This document shows positions 1 through 11,722 of a stretch of DNA of 64,000 nucleotides, piece after piece. Source of the DNA: Catajapyx aquilonaris (lineage: Eukaryota); NCBI GenBank assembly GCA_000934665.2, contig KZ538683.1:1-64000 (forward strand), given 5' to 3'. The position numbers and the translations under genes are program-made. Positions within the stretch are counted from its first letter, which is position 1. Each line of letters begins with the position of its first letter. A model generated the notes under the pieces. The model saw only the letters and a list, made by a program, of their open reading frames with translations, was not told the DNA's origin and made no database searches.

Positions 1-17
1 TAAATGCCGAAAACTCA

Positions 18-178
18 CCCATTTTCTTGAAATTCGGTGCATTGATAGCCCCCAAAAAGGGGTAACCGGGTCATTGTGAGCAGGTCACTTTAGGTGCATT
101 TTTCATCCCTTGGGGTGGGCTACCAATGTACCGAATTTCAAGAAATTGGGGGAGACCTTGGAAAGTGTCCCTTGTGAG
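18..178. mobile_element. MITE fragment with internal inverted repeat
   Basis: 18-51 is inverted at 117-150 (3 mismatches); the terminus-like CCCTTGTGAG at 169 recurs at 307. Confidence 0.5.
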
Positions 179-1133
179 TTCGAGAGGTCATAACTTTTGA
201 CCTTGTGGGCATCCGCCTAAATTGTTTGCATTTTCTTTAATAACTTACATGCTTATATTATTGTGCCAAGTTGCATTCAGAAACTCCACTGACAACACTT
301 ACACTTCCCTTGTGAGATGACATGGAAATGCGACATTCCAATTGAAATATGAGTTGTCAATGTTATTGCACTAAACTGCTGCTTTTAAGATGTTACTTTT
401 GAAGCTACTTTTATCCAAGCACAGCTTAGGTTGATAGAAAGCTTCTCTTCAGGCCCTGAATTCCAATTTCTGAGTTAAGGATGTGGCATGTGAATCACTT
501 GGAACTCATTGGCATCTGAGGTCAACAGGGTTGCAAGGATGCATTCATTCAGCCCAATATAAGTCACTAATATTTTAATTTAATGCTAATAAGCAGATTA
601 GTACGTAGATCACTGCACAGACAATACCTGGTATTGTCTGTGGGACACTGCAATTGAAACACCAATATATTCAAAGTGAGCACATGAGAGAACTTTGATG
701 CCAAAACTGGATGTACAGTCATCTGATGCTCCTGCAGACTAATGTGCCTTCAAGGGCTTTCTAATTCACAGACAGGGGCATGCAGTTCATGTGAACAGCC
801 TTGTAAAAAGCATGGAGGTTGCAAATGCCACAGCCCCTTTTGTATTGGAGTGAAACTTGCCTTTAGCAGTATTTTAACAGGTCACTGCCAACTCCAGCTA
901 ATAGGATGATGTATGGTACATATGAAATGAATGGACTCCAGGTGCCAGTTTACATAGCATTTGCCACTTGTATTTTCATCATGTGAGGAGGAAAGTTTGG
1001 TAGGGTGGGGCTATGGGGGTGGGAGGAGGGGCAGGTATTTATTGCCAGGTCCACATTGAGAGCTGCTCTTCTAATTGTCTTGTTCCTTTTCCAACCCCTG
1101 AACTCCTCCCCAATGCTTTTCCCCCCCACACAG

Positions 1134-1229
1134 AGAGCCAAGTCCAGCAATGCTGCAGCTTCACCTTCGTCGTCTTCATCCTCATCCTCAAGTGACAGTG
1201 ACGAGGAAGAGTCAATGAAATCGACATGA
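1134..1229 (+). CDS. Possible terminal coding exon of an unidentified upstream gene
   Basis: Long pyrimidine tract plus cacag acceptor, then RAKSSNAAASPSSSSSSSSSDSDEEESMKST*, with AATAAA at 1415. No homology recognised. Confidence 0.35.
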   Translation, partial: RAKSSNAAASPSSSSSSSSSDSDEEESMKST

Positions 1230-2413
1230 AAGGTGTGTGTACTCACTTCACAGATTCCCAATCAGTCAAGTCAGTTCTCCAATCAGTTAATTTTGTAAAC
1301 CGTAGCAGACGCCATCCATTTTTTGTTACTTGCCCCCACTCCCACCAACAGAAGAGGAGAATAATTCAGGGAAAGAGTCAAGCACAGTGTATGACACTCG
1401 TAACCCATGTTGGAAATAAACCTGTACCCGTTCCCTTGTCAAACTAGTTTGCTTCACATCATTTGGGACCGTCCATAAAGAACATCACGTCATTATTGCT
1501 GTTTTCTAGTGAGGGAGGGAAGGCTGCTGGGCATTAGCCTTTTCCCCAAGATGATTCATGCCCAACTGCACATTTTCATAGTTAACATCTTAAAAAATAT
1601 TATAGCCTAACTTTCGATGGGCAATTCCTCGACAGTCTGCCATACATCTGAAAGGCCCCATGCAAGGTGTCATATAGGTGTTCCTCATGAGGCCTTAGGA
1701 GACAGCACTGCCTCATAAGGCATTTAAAGTTTGCTGCTGTAAAATAACCAGTTATTCACATCTTTGATGTGTCACCAGCTCATAAAATCAAAACATCATT
1801 GTTTTTCTACTGAGTAACAATGCTCACTTCATCAGTTGTACCAGAGGCATAGTCACATGTGCTTGTGCATGTCTCAGCAGGGCCTGTTCCCACACCAAGC
1901 TAACCTTGATCCCATGCTCCCACCAGCAGTATGACATCCTTTATGGTTGGTCATATTTCACTTTCACCCTATCCATTAACAGACAGCAGCATCCCAAAAT
2001 GAAGAAACACAATGGTGCAGGAAGTCACTCACTTAGCACGTCTTTTCCATGAGAGCAGGGCTTGGACTTGATGTACTTCATGCAGAACTACTGCAAGTCT
2101 ATCTCAACATAGCAAGTATACACAGTGTGTTCCAAATGAAATGTCCTTAGTGGTTAGCACAAACAGACAATCTTCCCCTTGGCTCTGAACAGAAGAATGA
2201 TGAAGATGATGTGTTCCCAAGCTCACAAGAACCTATCATTGTGTAGAGAAAGCAGGATGATTCTGACACCCCATTCATTTGTTTCACTTTTCGCTCCCCC
2301 TTAGTCCCCAATTCACTCTCAAACACCTGTTCCTCACAACCTTAAGAACACACCTTCAAGCATCCAAAAGTAGGCTTTTAAAATATTTAACTCTTTTTCA
2401 CTTGTACCTCAAC

Positions 2414-2836
2414 CAGTGCCGGATTTACCCCCTCTGCAGTCCTACGCAGTTGAGATCCCCACCCCCATGCCACTTAAGAATTCAAATTTTCTCCTGAGTT
2501 TTCTCCATTTCATTTTCTTTTAAAAATTTTATATTGCAACTTATGGCCACCCCGGAGTGGTTTTCTGCCTAGTGGTAAATCTGGCGGCGCTCAAAAAATT
2601 TGCAATTTTTAATGATTTCGCCTTTATTTCCTATATTATTGTAGCCTACTCGAAAAATATTTATTGCAACTCACGGCTGACCCTATGTAATTGCCCACTC
2701 CGCCTGATGGTAAAACCAGTGCTGCTCCCAGTCACCTTAATATTTATTTTTAATTCTTCGTTAACTTTCTTTTTGTATGCCTAAATCTGCCGCCCTAGGC
2801 AACTGTCTAGGTTGCCTTGCTGTAAATCCGGCGCTG
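2414..2836. mobile_element. hAT-like MITE
   Basis: Terminal inverted repeats CAGTGCCGGATTTA ... TAAATCCGGCGCTG, with internal degenerate copies of the right end. Confidence 0.6.
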
Positions 2837-4478
2837 ATTGCAACATCATTCTATGCATGCACCAATCCTAAGTGAGAGGATATTGAAAATACAACCCACA
2901 TCCTCCCCTGCAACTGGCATGATGGCAGGTCTCACTTTTCACCATCGTAACCACTTTCTTGAACCTTTCAATGTAAATGCCACTCAGTTAATTTTGCAAT
3001 AGGTTGCAAGCAGATTTTTAAAAATATAAACCCTAAAAGTAACATCCAATGCAACTGCTTAAAAATTAGCAGCTAAGTGCCAAAAAAATCTCTAACCACT
3101 AAGGGCATTTCAGTAGGAAAACCCTCCATACACACCGATATATATTTTTAACTTATTGTTTTTTTCCTTCAAATAAAATACCCTGTCATGTGAGAATGAG
3201 AAGGTCGTCCCAAGAATTTTAATTACACCAATTGTCAAAAATGCTCTTATGATTATAATGAAGAGGGAGGCATCATTATTACCACCACTGTTTTGTAAAA
3301 CCCTACAAATGCCTGCAATTTGTTTTTCTCACCAATTTCTGTTGTATCATTTTAATTGGTTCCTAGCACAAAACAAAGTAAAAACACATTGAGATTTTAC
3401 AGAAGGTAGGGCAGGTTTGAATATTTTGACTTTTAAGCCACAATTCATTACTTCTCTCATCTGCCACCATCCACCTTAATATACTGTACAAAGAAACTGC
3501 AATTGTAAATTAAACATAAAAATAGTCGACAGATTGAATCAAGTAGCGATGACAATAATTGCAATAAATAAGTCCATAAGTCATCGCTGAGACTCGTCTT
3601 AATGGCCATCTGTCTGCAGCCTGTCTTCCTTTTTCCAAGTAATTCGTGGCCAGTGTGTAATATATATTACTTGAATTACACAATTTTATATGCACAATTG
3701 AGGATGGGGGGGGGGGGAGGGGAGGGGGGGGGCAGAAAAATTTGCGACAAATTTTCCAGGGAGGGTCAAGTGTCACATCACGAAAAAAGTCTATCGCTAA
3801 CGACCTGCGATGCATTCTTCTTATAGTAAATTGCATAAAAATGAACAATTATTGTGATTACACAATAATTCATCAGACTAATTACATTTTTTACAGTAAA
3901 GGTTTTTTTGTGTTTTTTATGTTGTCTTCATACTATTACACAATTTTTTTTTTCCCTACTGGAGGAAGTGGGGAGTTTTGTATTGTCCAATCTAGATGGA
4001 AATCTTGGAATGACAGTGACAGTTTCTATTACATAATATGAGTAGGAATAGACACAACTCCTGAATAGCTACAAATTCTTAAATTTAATTCTTCCAAACA
4101 CCCCTCCCTGTACTTCACTGGATAAATACTTGAGCAATCAAAAAATTAATTACAGCTCTATCCTCCAAGTCATTCCAAGATTACCTCTTGACAATACATG
4201 ATTCAAGTTTGTTATTCCCTATGTGCAAGAAACAAACTAATATATTTTTGGGGAGGGAGGGGGAGGGCAATTGGGGAGAGGGGTGGGCTTTGAACCTTCC
4301 CTTTTGGCTCTCATGTTACAATACTTATATTGATGGAGTTTATGGGGGGAAGGAGCAGGGGGTAATTATCATTTTAATAACATATCTGGGTAAAGGGGAT
4401 AGCGCGCACAACGCGTACGTACGGAAAGAAAACTTCTCAGGGGTACGTTTTGATGGTTACATGCATCTTGGTTGGAGT

Positions 4479-4648
4479 TCACACAAAGACTTTGGCCAAC
4501 CCATCAGCCCCTGCAGATGCAATGTATGGCTTTGACGGGTGGAATGCCACGTCAAATATGCTCTCGTCAAATTTCTTCCTATGTGCAGTGATCTCCTGCA
4601 CACACGTCTTGTTCTCAAGGTTCCACAGCCGGATACTGCAGTCGTGGC
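4479..4648 (-). CDS. Cka: Striatin last coding exon (WD40)
   Basis: SHDCSIRLWNLENKTCVQEITAHRKKFDESIFDVAFHPSKPYIASAGADGLAKVFV*, the canonical striatin C-terminus. Joined CDS is 2301 nt (766 aa). Confidence 0.96.
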
Positions 4649-4895
4649 CTGGTAAGGAAGGAAGAGCAAATTTGAGTAACCAGGGTTTCAGATCTATTGG
4701 AGTGCATCACATTGGGATGGGCATTTGTAGAAATATTGGATAATGTGTCTATTTGGCAATTGACTTCATTTTGCACTAAAATAAATACACTGTACTCCGG
4801 ATTATCCAGGTGTGTTAATTATTGTAAACCCAAACAACCCCCTGTTGCAAATGTCAGCCAATTTTAGAGCTAATATGTCAGAAAGGTCAACTTAC

Positions 4896-5100
4896 TTCCA
4901 GAGAGGAGGTAGAGTCCGTTTGGATCAACGGCTAGAGATGTGACAGCATCCAAATGTGCCACCATTGAATGAACCATCTTTCCCGAGATGTTGTCGAAGA
5001 ACCGGATGTGCCGATCCTCATGGGCTGTGATGGTCACGGGAAGGGTAGGGTGGGACACCACACGGTTTATTTGGTGACCCACCACATTGTTGTCTGCCTC
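4896..5100 (-). CDS. Cka: Striatin coding exon 8 (WD40)
   Basis: HQINRVVSHPTLPVTITAHEDRHIRFFDN...HSMVAHLDAVTSLAVDPNGLYLLSG; AAG acceptor, GTAAGT donor. Confidence 0.94.
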
Positions 5101-5172
5101 CTTAGTAAAGGTAATAATATTCATAAGAAGTGCCATTAACATGCAAATAATTATATAAATGAGACATCATAC

Positions 5173-5303
5173 CTGGCTGCTCTCGAGGCAAGTGACAGGT
5201 TTCCCAGTTTCCAAGTCATATATAATGCAATGGGAAGAATTGTACGAGGTCACCATGTGGTTTGGTTCGTCCCGGACAAAATCAACTGAGGTGGGGATTC
5301 CCT
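5173..5303 (-). CDS. Cka: Striatin coding exon 7 (WD40)
   Basis: cctcag|EGIPTSVDFVRDEPNHMVTSYNSSHCIIYDLETGKPVTCLESSQ|GTATGA. Confidence 0.95.
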
Positions 5304-5511
5304 CTGAGGAAAGAAAATAATTAATGTCACACAAAATCCTGTGAATTTCTTTTAAAACCTTCTGGCTTTTCTACAACAGTATATCTGGCAGATGAAAGCA
5401 GGGGATTTGTTAGAAGACAGCAACATATTTCCATTGTAGGTTTTCAACCTTCCCCATATGCAAAGGGCCAAAAGTTTGGGTTTCAGTTATTCCCTCTTGA
5501 ACATTTCATAC

Positions 5512-5682
5512 CTTGCTCAGCTGCAAACGTCTTTAGCAATGGACTTTTGGGCTTCTGAGGCTCCCACAGCCTAACTGTTCCATCTGCAGAACAGGACAGC
5601 ACATGCAACTTGTGTGAATGGATGCTTAGTCCCCACACCGAGTCAGTGTGGCCCGTCAGTGTCCCAGTCAGGACACCTGGAT
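5512..5682 (-). CDS. Cka: Striatin coding exon 6 (WD40)
   Basis: DPGVLTGTLTGHTDSVWGL...LSCSADGTVRLWEP; follows a 56-nt intron; GTATGA donor. Confidence 0.95.
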
Positions 5683-5738
5683 CTACAAATAAAGGCCATT
5701 GCAGTGCTGTACAATAAGAAGTGCAAGCAGGACCTTAC

Positions 5739-5908
5739 CAAAAGAGTCATAAGGGTCAACATTTGAGTTAGGTATATTCCAGCAACGGATGGCCCCATCC
5801 ACTCCTCCACTATAACACTGCTCTCCAGTGGCATTCATGGCCAGACATAGGACAGCACCCACATGGGCTCGGAACGTATATAAGGGTTCCACATCTAGGG
5901 ATGCCGAC
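5739..5908 (-). CDS. Cka: Striatin coding exon 5 (WD40)
   Basis: SASLDVEPLYTFRAHVGAVLCLAM...RCWNIPNSNVDPYDSF; tgtag acceptor, GTAAGG donor. Confidence 0.95.
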
Positions 5909-6218
5909 CTACATAAGGAAGCAGAATGATTACTAGGCATGTATAATGACATGTGTAAAAAAAACCACAGTAATCTTCAATAAATGTTATTGGTTTGATT
6001 ATAAATTTCCTCGAATTTCATTCTAATCCCTTTCAAATTATTCAGTTACAACAGTTGTTCACAAACTTGTTCTGAAGTGGTCACTAAGTGCTATTCAAAA
6101 TTTAGAGTTCCAAACTTAGAACCATGTTATGTTACATCCAAATGCATTTTACAGTACTCCATAACCTTCAAGTCTTTATCACATCTTTCCTGCACCCATT
6201 ACACAACCTGATACTCAC

Positions 6219-6892
6219 TTCTTTGCAGGCACAGTTTTATGCAGGTTCCACAGCTTCAGTGTGTGGTCCTCAGATGCAGAGATAAGCACTGGCTCAACAG
6301 GATGAAAAGCAAGTGCCCTGACACCATCAAAATGGCTTCTGAGGGTGTACTTAGCATTCCAGGTCTTGCGAAATGCCTCCTTACTTGCCGATATCTGATC
6401 ATACGATATCTCTGCCTCATTATTGACCGTCAGCTGCGCCAGCTCCCCGAGGCCCAAGGCTGCATCCATTCCTTCCTCGTCACCTGATCCACCACTTCCG
6501 GTCAGATGTCGTGGAGTAGAATAACCCCCCGTCAGACCCCAACCTGAACCATCACCTGCCATGCGCCCATCATGCACAGTATCCTCCCCTTCTGATCCCA
6601 GGAAGTTGAACTCATTCAGCACTTCTTCAGTCTCAGCATCGACATCATCTGCAAGACCCTCATTTGACATCATCCCCATTTTGCCTCCGCCTTTGCGCTT
6701 CTTGGCTTCAACTTCAACTGCAGCTGCTGCTGCTGCCGCTGCCGCTTCCTCCTCCGCTGCCTCTTCCAGATCATCACTCATTTCATCTTCATCGTCCACT
6801 TCCACAACAGTCTGTGAGAGGAACTCAAAATTGGCCATAACCGCTGCTTCTGCGTCCAACATCATAGCTTCTGCCAGAGATGATGGTGGTGC
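6219..6892 (-). CDS. Cka: Striatin coding exon 4 (acidic linker and first WD40 repeat)
   Basis: cattag|APPSSLAEAMMLDAEAAVMANFEFL...LGLGELAQLTVNNEAE...RKTWNAKYTLRSHFDGVRALAFHPVEPVLISASEDHTLKLWNL; donor GTGAGT. Confidence 0.95.
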
Positions 6893-7613
6893 CTAATGAA
6901 AATTTAAGAATTATGTCAGCCTTGCACAAAAACCCTCAAAAATTGTAGGTCAGCAATACCATCAAGATGTGCAAGCTGATCTAATGGCATTCACAATTTT
7001 GCAAATCTCACATGATGTCCTAGCATAAGTCAAGAAGTTGCCAAATACCATATCAATTTATAATTGTCTGTCATTATCTACTTGGCCCCTACTGACAATG
7101 CACCAACTGTCCCTATGGCACAATTTCTAGATGCCAAGTTCTAACCATATCAACTGTTGTTGAGTGAGGTATCAATAATATTACAGATGAAAATTTCGTG
7201 CATGCATCCTTGTCCACTGGGGCATTAATACACATTGGCCTCGATAAGACAGTTTTAAGCACATAACATGATGATACAACCACATCCCAAGAGTCTCTAG
7301 TGATTTCAATATCATGTGTTGTTTGAATTAAAATATTGAACCCTCATAAGACGGGTGGTTTTTCGCGTTTTTGCAAGGATCTGCAAAAAATTCGCTTGCT
7401 TTGTCACTTGGGGGACGAGACTTGAATACACTAGTGAATAAGAGCTTTTTAGTAAATTCTGATAGCAATTTCTTGAGGTCAGTCAAAGAAGTTAGTATCC
7501 ATACTTGTCTTCACAAGTTGCTATTAGGACTGTGGCTGGATCACAGAATCTATATGTAGTCATTGCACATGATTTACTGATCACCATGTATATTAGAAAA
7601 TAGTCATGACCAC

Positions 7614-7806
7614 CTTCTTAGCTGGCGTTCTGCGTCCTTGAGTGTCTCCAGCTCGTTTGTTAGCAGTCTCATTGCCATTTAAGACTCCTGTGGCATTGTT
7701 CTGGTTTTCTTCATTTTCTGCGTTGTTGTTGAGGCCCAGAAGAGATCGAACACGATTGGAGCGAACATCAATTATGGTGTCCGTGTAGCCGATCTCCTGG
7801 AGATAT
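7614..7806 (-). CDS. Cka: Striatin coding exon 3
   Basis: ggcag|(Q)YLQEIGYTDTIIDVRSNRVRSLLGLNNN...RRTPAKK; phase matches both neighbours; weak donor GTGGTC. Confidence 0.92.
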
Positions 7807-8239
7807 CTGCCAACACAATGTTTTCAAAAGTCAAACATCTGCAAATGATGTAACCCCAACACAAGCAAAGTATATGAAGTCTCATTACTTGAAGGAACAT
7901 TTCTAAGCGGCAATCTCAGCAATAAATACAAGGGCGAATCATTAGTAACGCACAAAAAAAAATCCCTGCTAAGTTTAATACTAGTAACAAATGTAATATA
8001 GGTAACAGCAAGGGGCATTCATTAGCTATCCCAAACACAATCCTGTATAGGTTGGTTCATACATCCACATCATGTCACCCATAGACAGTGGTGATAACAC
8101 AGCTAAATGTGACATGGGGCAAACCCAGTATTTTAGAGTGCTTTCAAAATCACATCCATTTCCATCTGCATTTACATTGTACACCAGCCCATTTCAGGAC
8201 AACATATATTATTGGTAATGCACAGATTTCATTCCAATA

Positions 8240-8582
8240 CAGTTGAGAATCCTTTATCCGAAATTCCGAATTCCGAAAACCTCCAAAATGCGAAGGTTTT
8301 TTGAGTCTGACATCACGCATCACAATGGAAAATTCCATGTGAGTGTGACATTACTAATCATCAATACCTGCATCTGTATAAAAAATATCTAAAATGTATA
8401 TGAAACTACCTACAGGGTTTATGCATAACCTCTATTAAGAAATGTATACAGATATCTTAAGGCATTTATCCCATCCCAAATCTATCCCATTTTATAGTTG
8501 CAAATATATTCCGAAATCTGAAAAAATCAGAATGCCGAAAAACTGCTGGTCCCAAGCATTTCAGATAAAGGATTCTCAACTG
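8240..8582. mobile_element. pogo/Tigger-like MITE
   Basis: TA|CAGTTGAGAATCCTTTATCCGAAA ... TTTCAGATAAAGGATTCTCAACTG|TA. Confidence 0.85.
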
Positions 8583-8676
8583 TAATGATGACCAGAACCA
8601 TTAGCCCATAATAGTGAAATTGCCCATTGGCCTGATGTACAAGACAGATAACCCAAAAACTGCCAAGTTGCTTATA

Positions 8677-9019
8677 CAGGTAGCCCCCAGTCTACGAATG
8701 GGGTTACATTCCTGAAAATACTCATATGTTGGATTTGTAGATAACTCGGATCCCTAGGGAACATAGCATACATACAGCATAAAGATATTGCTCCAAATAA
8801 CAGCTTACGTCATGCGTGTTTACATGTGTGGAAGAACATAGTTCCCCAATTATTAATTTATCATACAGTATTTATGTTGAACTTCGTGTTGGTCAACGTA
8901 AGCAAAAGTGATTGAAAGTGGAGGAATACTGATAAATTATCCTTCTGGGGATCCTTGGGAGCCCATTCGTAAGTATGGATCGCCATAAGTCGGGTCGTTT
9001 GTAAACCAGGGACTACCTG
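8677..9019. mobile_element. pogo/Tigger-like MITE
   Basis: TA|CAGGTAGCCCCCAG ... CCAGGGACTACCTG|TA. Confidence 0.75.
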
Positions 9020-9296
9020 TATTGCATTTGAAATTACAGCAACTAAATCTATAATTACTATCAGGAAATTGTCCATGTCATCAGTCTAAAATTCTGATAG
9101 TCATTTGTCATAATCTTTGATGAGTCATTATTATTATTTTCTAAATCATTACCATTACGACAATGTGACACTTCAGAGTAACACACACTTGTATGCATCC
9201 AACAGTATCCCACCCCAGTGTGAAGAAGTCATGCTGCAGCTAGCGCACCTCTCAAGATGCAATCTCTGTCATGCAGATAAATATTTGAATACTCAC

Positions 9297-9553
9297 TGCC
9301 TAAGTAGCTGTCTTCCCTGCCGCCAAGTGACATTGCTGACTGTGATGGGAGACTCCCCATCCATTGGCTGTTCTGTGTCCTCAAATCCTACTGGCTTCAT
9401 ATCCCCTTGCTGCAACTCAGTCCCATATTTCAGCTTGTGATACTTGGCCCTCTCCTGCTTCAGAGCGTACTCCAGCATTTTGATTCTCCTGATAAGGTCA
9501 TTCTTCAAGTTCTCTTGACCCTTGCGCTCACCTTGCAGGAATGCTATCCTAGC
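9297..9553 (-). CDS. Cka: Striatin coding exon 2 (coiled coil, start of calmodulin-binding segment)
   Basis: tttcacag|ARIAFLQGERKGQENLKNDLIRRIKMLEYALKQERAKYHKLKYG...WRQGRQLLRQ; phase-2 donor GTGAGT. Confidence 0.96.
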
Positions 9554-10740
9554 CTGTGAAAAGATTTTGGCATATCAGCTGTTGCATGAATAACAAGGAA
9601 AAGCTGGTGTAGAGGGGATGGATTGACATCATGGGTTTCTAGGTCACATAGTGGGCGCTCTGCTCTCAAGAAATTTTCACCACCAGATTTTGAGTTATGC
9701 ATCATAGGTGAAGCATGACTGTGGGAGTTTTGTGGGAAGGAGGGATGTCCCACAAGCATCACTACTAAAAGCCTCACTCCCTGAAGACTCAATCCAATGA
9801 CACTTAGAAATTATTATCAGAGGAACCATGCTTTTGGTCCCAATTTTTATAGCAAAAAATAAGAGTACAATTAATTAGTTCACTAGACCGTTGCACTGCA
9901 TGTATGACTGGCCAACAATAACATGATGCACTATTAGGTAGCTCAGACACATTTAAAACTTCTTTATGCCCTCCTCTAGAAAAGGGAGAGTGGGATCAAA
10001 GAACCTAACCTATGCCAACTCACTAATTTGGGACTTAAGCTTCTCACTAAGTCGTTAAAACTAAACTTCAACTGCTGCATCAACAAGAACACCACACCAA
10101 ATTCTGATAGTAGTACTCGAATAGAAATGTAGTGTAACCATGGAGAAAATCATAAGTCCTCAAGCCTGACCCTAAATGGTGGGTGTCAGGTTCACTCAGG
10201 TGTTCCATACAAACTCTATATCACTTAATAAGCACTGTACTTGAAAGTGATATCAAAAACATATCCGGTCTTAGATCCTTAGCACCATAGCAAAATTTAC
10301 CTCATTATTACAATTTTTTAAGTATAGCATAATCACCAATTGAGAATATGCAATTTCTTTCCAAATCCCCCTGCTTTTATTTACATCAGGTGAGTGTGTG
10401 TGGGTAACCATTATGTACCATATTAATAGAAGAATATCTAAGGTATGCCTGCAGTATTCCAATTTAACTGAGTACACATAACCTAATATTAGAAGCTAAT
10501 ACTTTCAATAACAAATGAAAGTAACCATGCAAAGGTAATTGCTAAAATACGCAGCTTAGAACCAACAAATAGCCATATTAGTGGAACAAGTATTTTGGAT
10601 CACCCTGTATACTTTTTCATTGAGTCTTTTTTTCCCTTTTTTGGTACTCAGTCCTTCATTTTTATTACCCTCTCTTCAATTCATACTCGTTATGTAAGTC
10701 ACGGGTCACACTATATATTTTTATTTCATTTTTAAACAAA

Positions 10741-11013
10741 TTTCTATTTACCCTGTGATAGGGTGGAGTCCTTTTAGGGGGGAAGGGGAGGTTCCCAAGG
10801 GATGGCGCTGTGCAGTAGTCATTTCTGACATTCTTTAAACACCAGGCCTTTTCTCCTGGCCCTGGGCAGAGTATGGAGTGCAATTCTGCCCCGGCATGTC
10901 GGGTGAAAAGCGGAAAAATACTCGGCCAAGCAGAGGTGACGGGGACGGGATTTGAACCCCAGCCTCCCGTTTGGCTGGCCAGTGGCGTAACCACCAGACC
11001 ACCTTGCCTCCCC
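10741..11013 (-). mobile_element. tRNA-derived SINE, family A
   Basis: Head with A-box (TGGTCTGGTGG) and B-box (GGTTCAAATCC); the body is repeated at 30111-30345. Confidence 0.85.
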
Positions 11014-11490
11014 ATGTCATTCTATATATAACAGCTGATTGTCTAAACACAAACTATGGACTAATACCTGTAGTCCTATACTGTACACAATCAAATATTT
11101 GCCTTCATACAACTGGGCCTAAAAACCCACAACCCACAAATATTTCCACTATACAGACAGGTATTCGTGGTATAGGAGACAGATCAAGTTAGTCAAATAC
11201 TGTCTTCCCAATCATCCCCCCCCCCCNCCCCCCCCTCCCACTACTCATCATTTAGCCCAAGAGCCATAGTTGCTAGTACCAAAGTTGTTGAGTGCCCGTC
11301 AGATTTTCAGCTGGAACATTTTGTATACCTCAAATCAATATGAAATGATAGAGGCACAAAATGATGTGGATGGTGGGAATGAACTTTTCAAACAAAATGT
11401 TGAGTGTTATTACGTGGATTGACTGAATAGTTTAACTAATTATTTGGTCAGCACATCAGCTACAATCCCACGCATGAAATTGAGGTGCTC

Positions 11491-11720
11491 AGAGGAAAAA
11501 CGGCATATCCCAACAGGAGTTCATTTTGAGCTAAACAGCTTTTTGTGTTGCAAGAGAATAGGATTTTCCATTGGGGACCAATTTTACAAGTGGAATATGT
11601 GAGCTTTGGCATATCCCAATTCATTTGGGACGTCAGCACATGAAAGGTAGATGGCAGGAGAGTACAAAAGCACTACAATCTCAAAATCGGAGGTCGGTTG
11701 GGATATGCCATTTTTCCTCT
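11491..11720. mobile_element. MITE with about 24-bp terminal inverted repeats
   Basis: AGAGGAAAAACGGCATATCCCAAC ... GTTGGGATATGCCATTTTTCCTCT. Confidence 0.7.
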
Positions 11721-11722
11721 CC

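Noticed and set aside
10940..11013. tRNA-like heads at 10940, 12430, 15770 and 45607 as tRNA genes
   Set aside because: No complete cloverleaf; three are joined to repeated bodies or tails, two with clear target duplications, so they are SINE heads.
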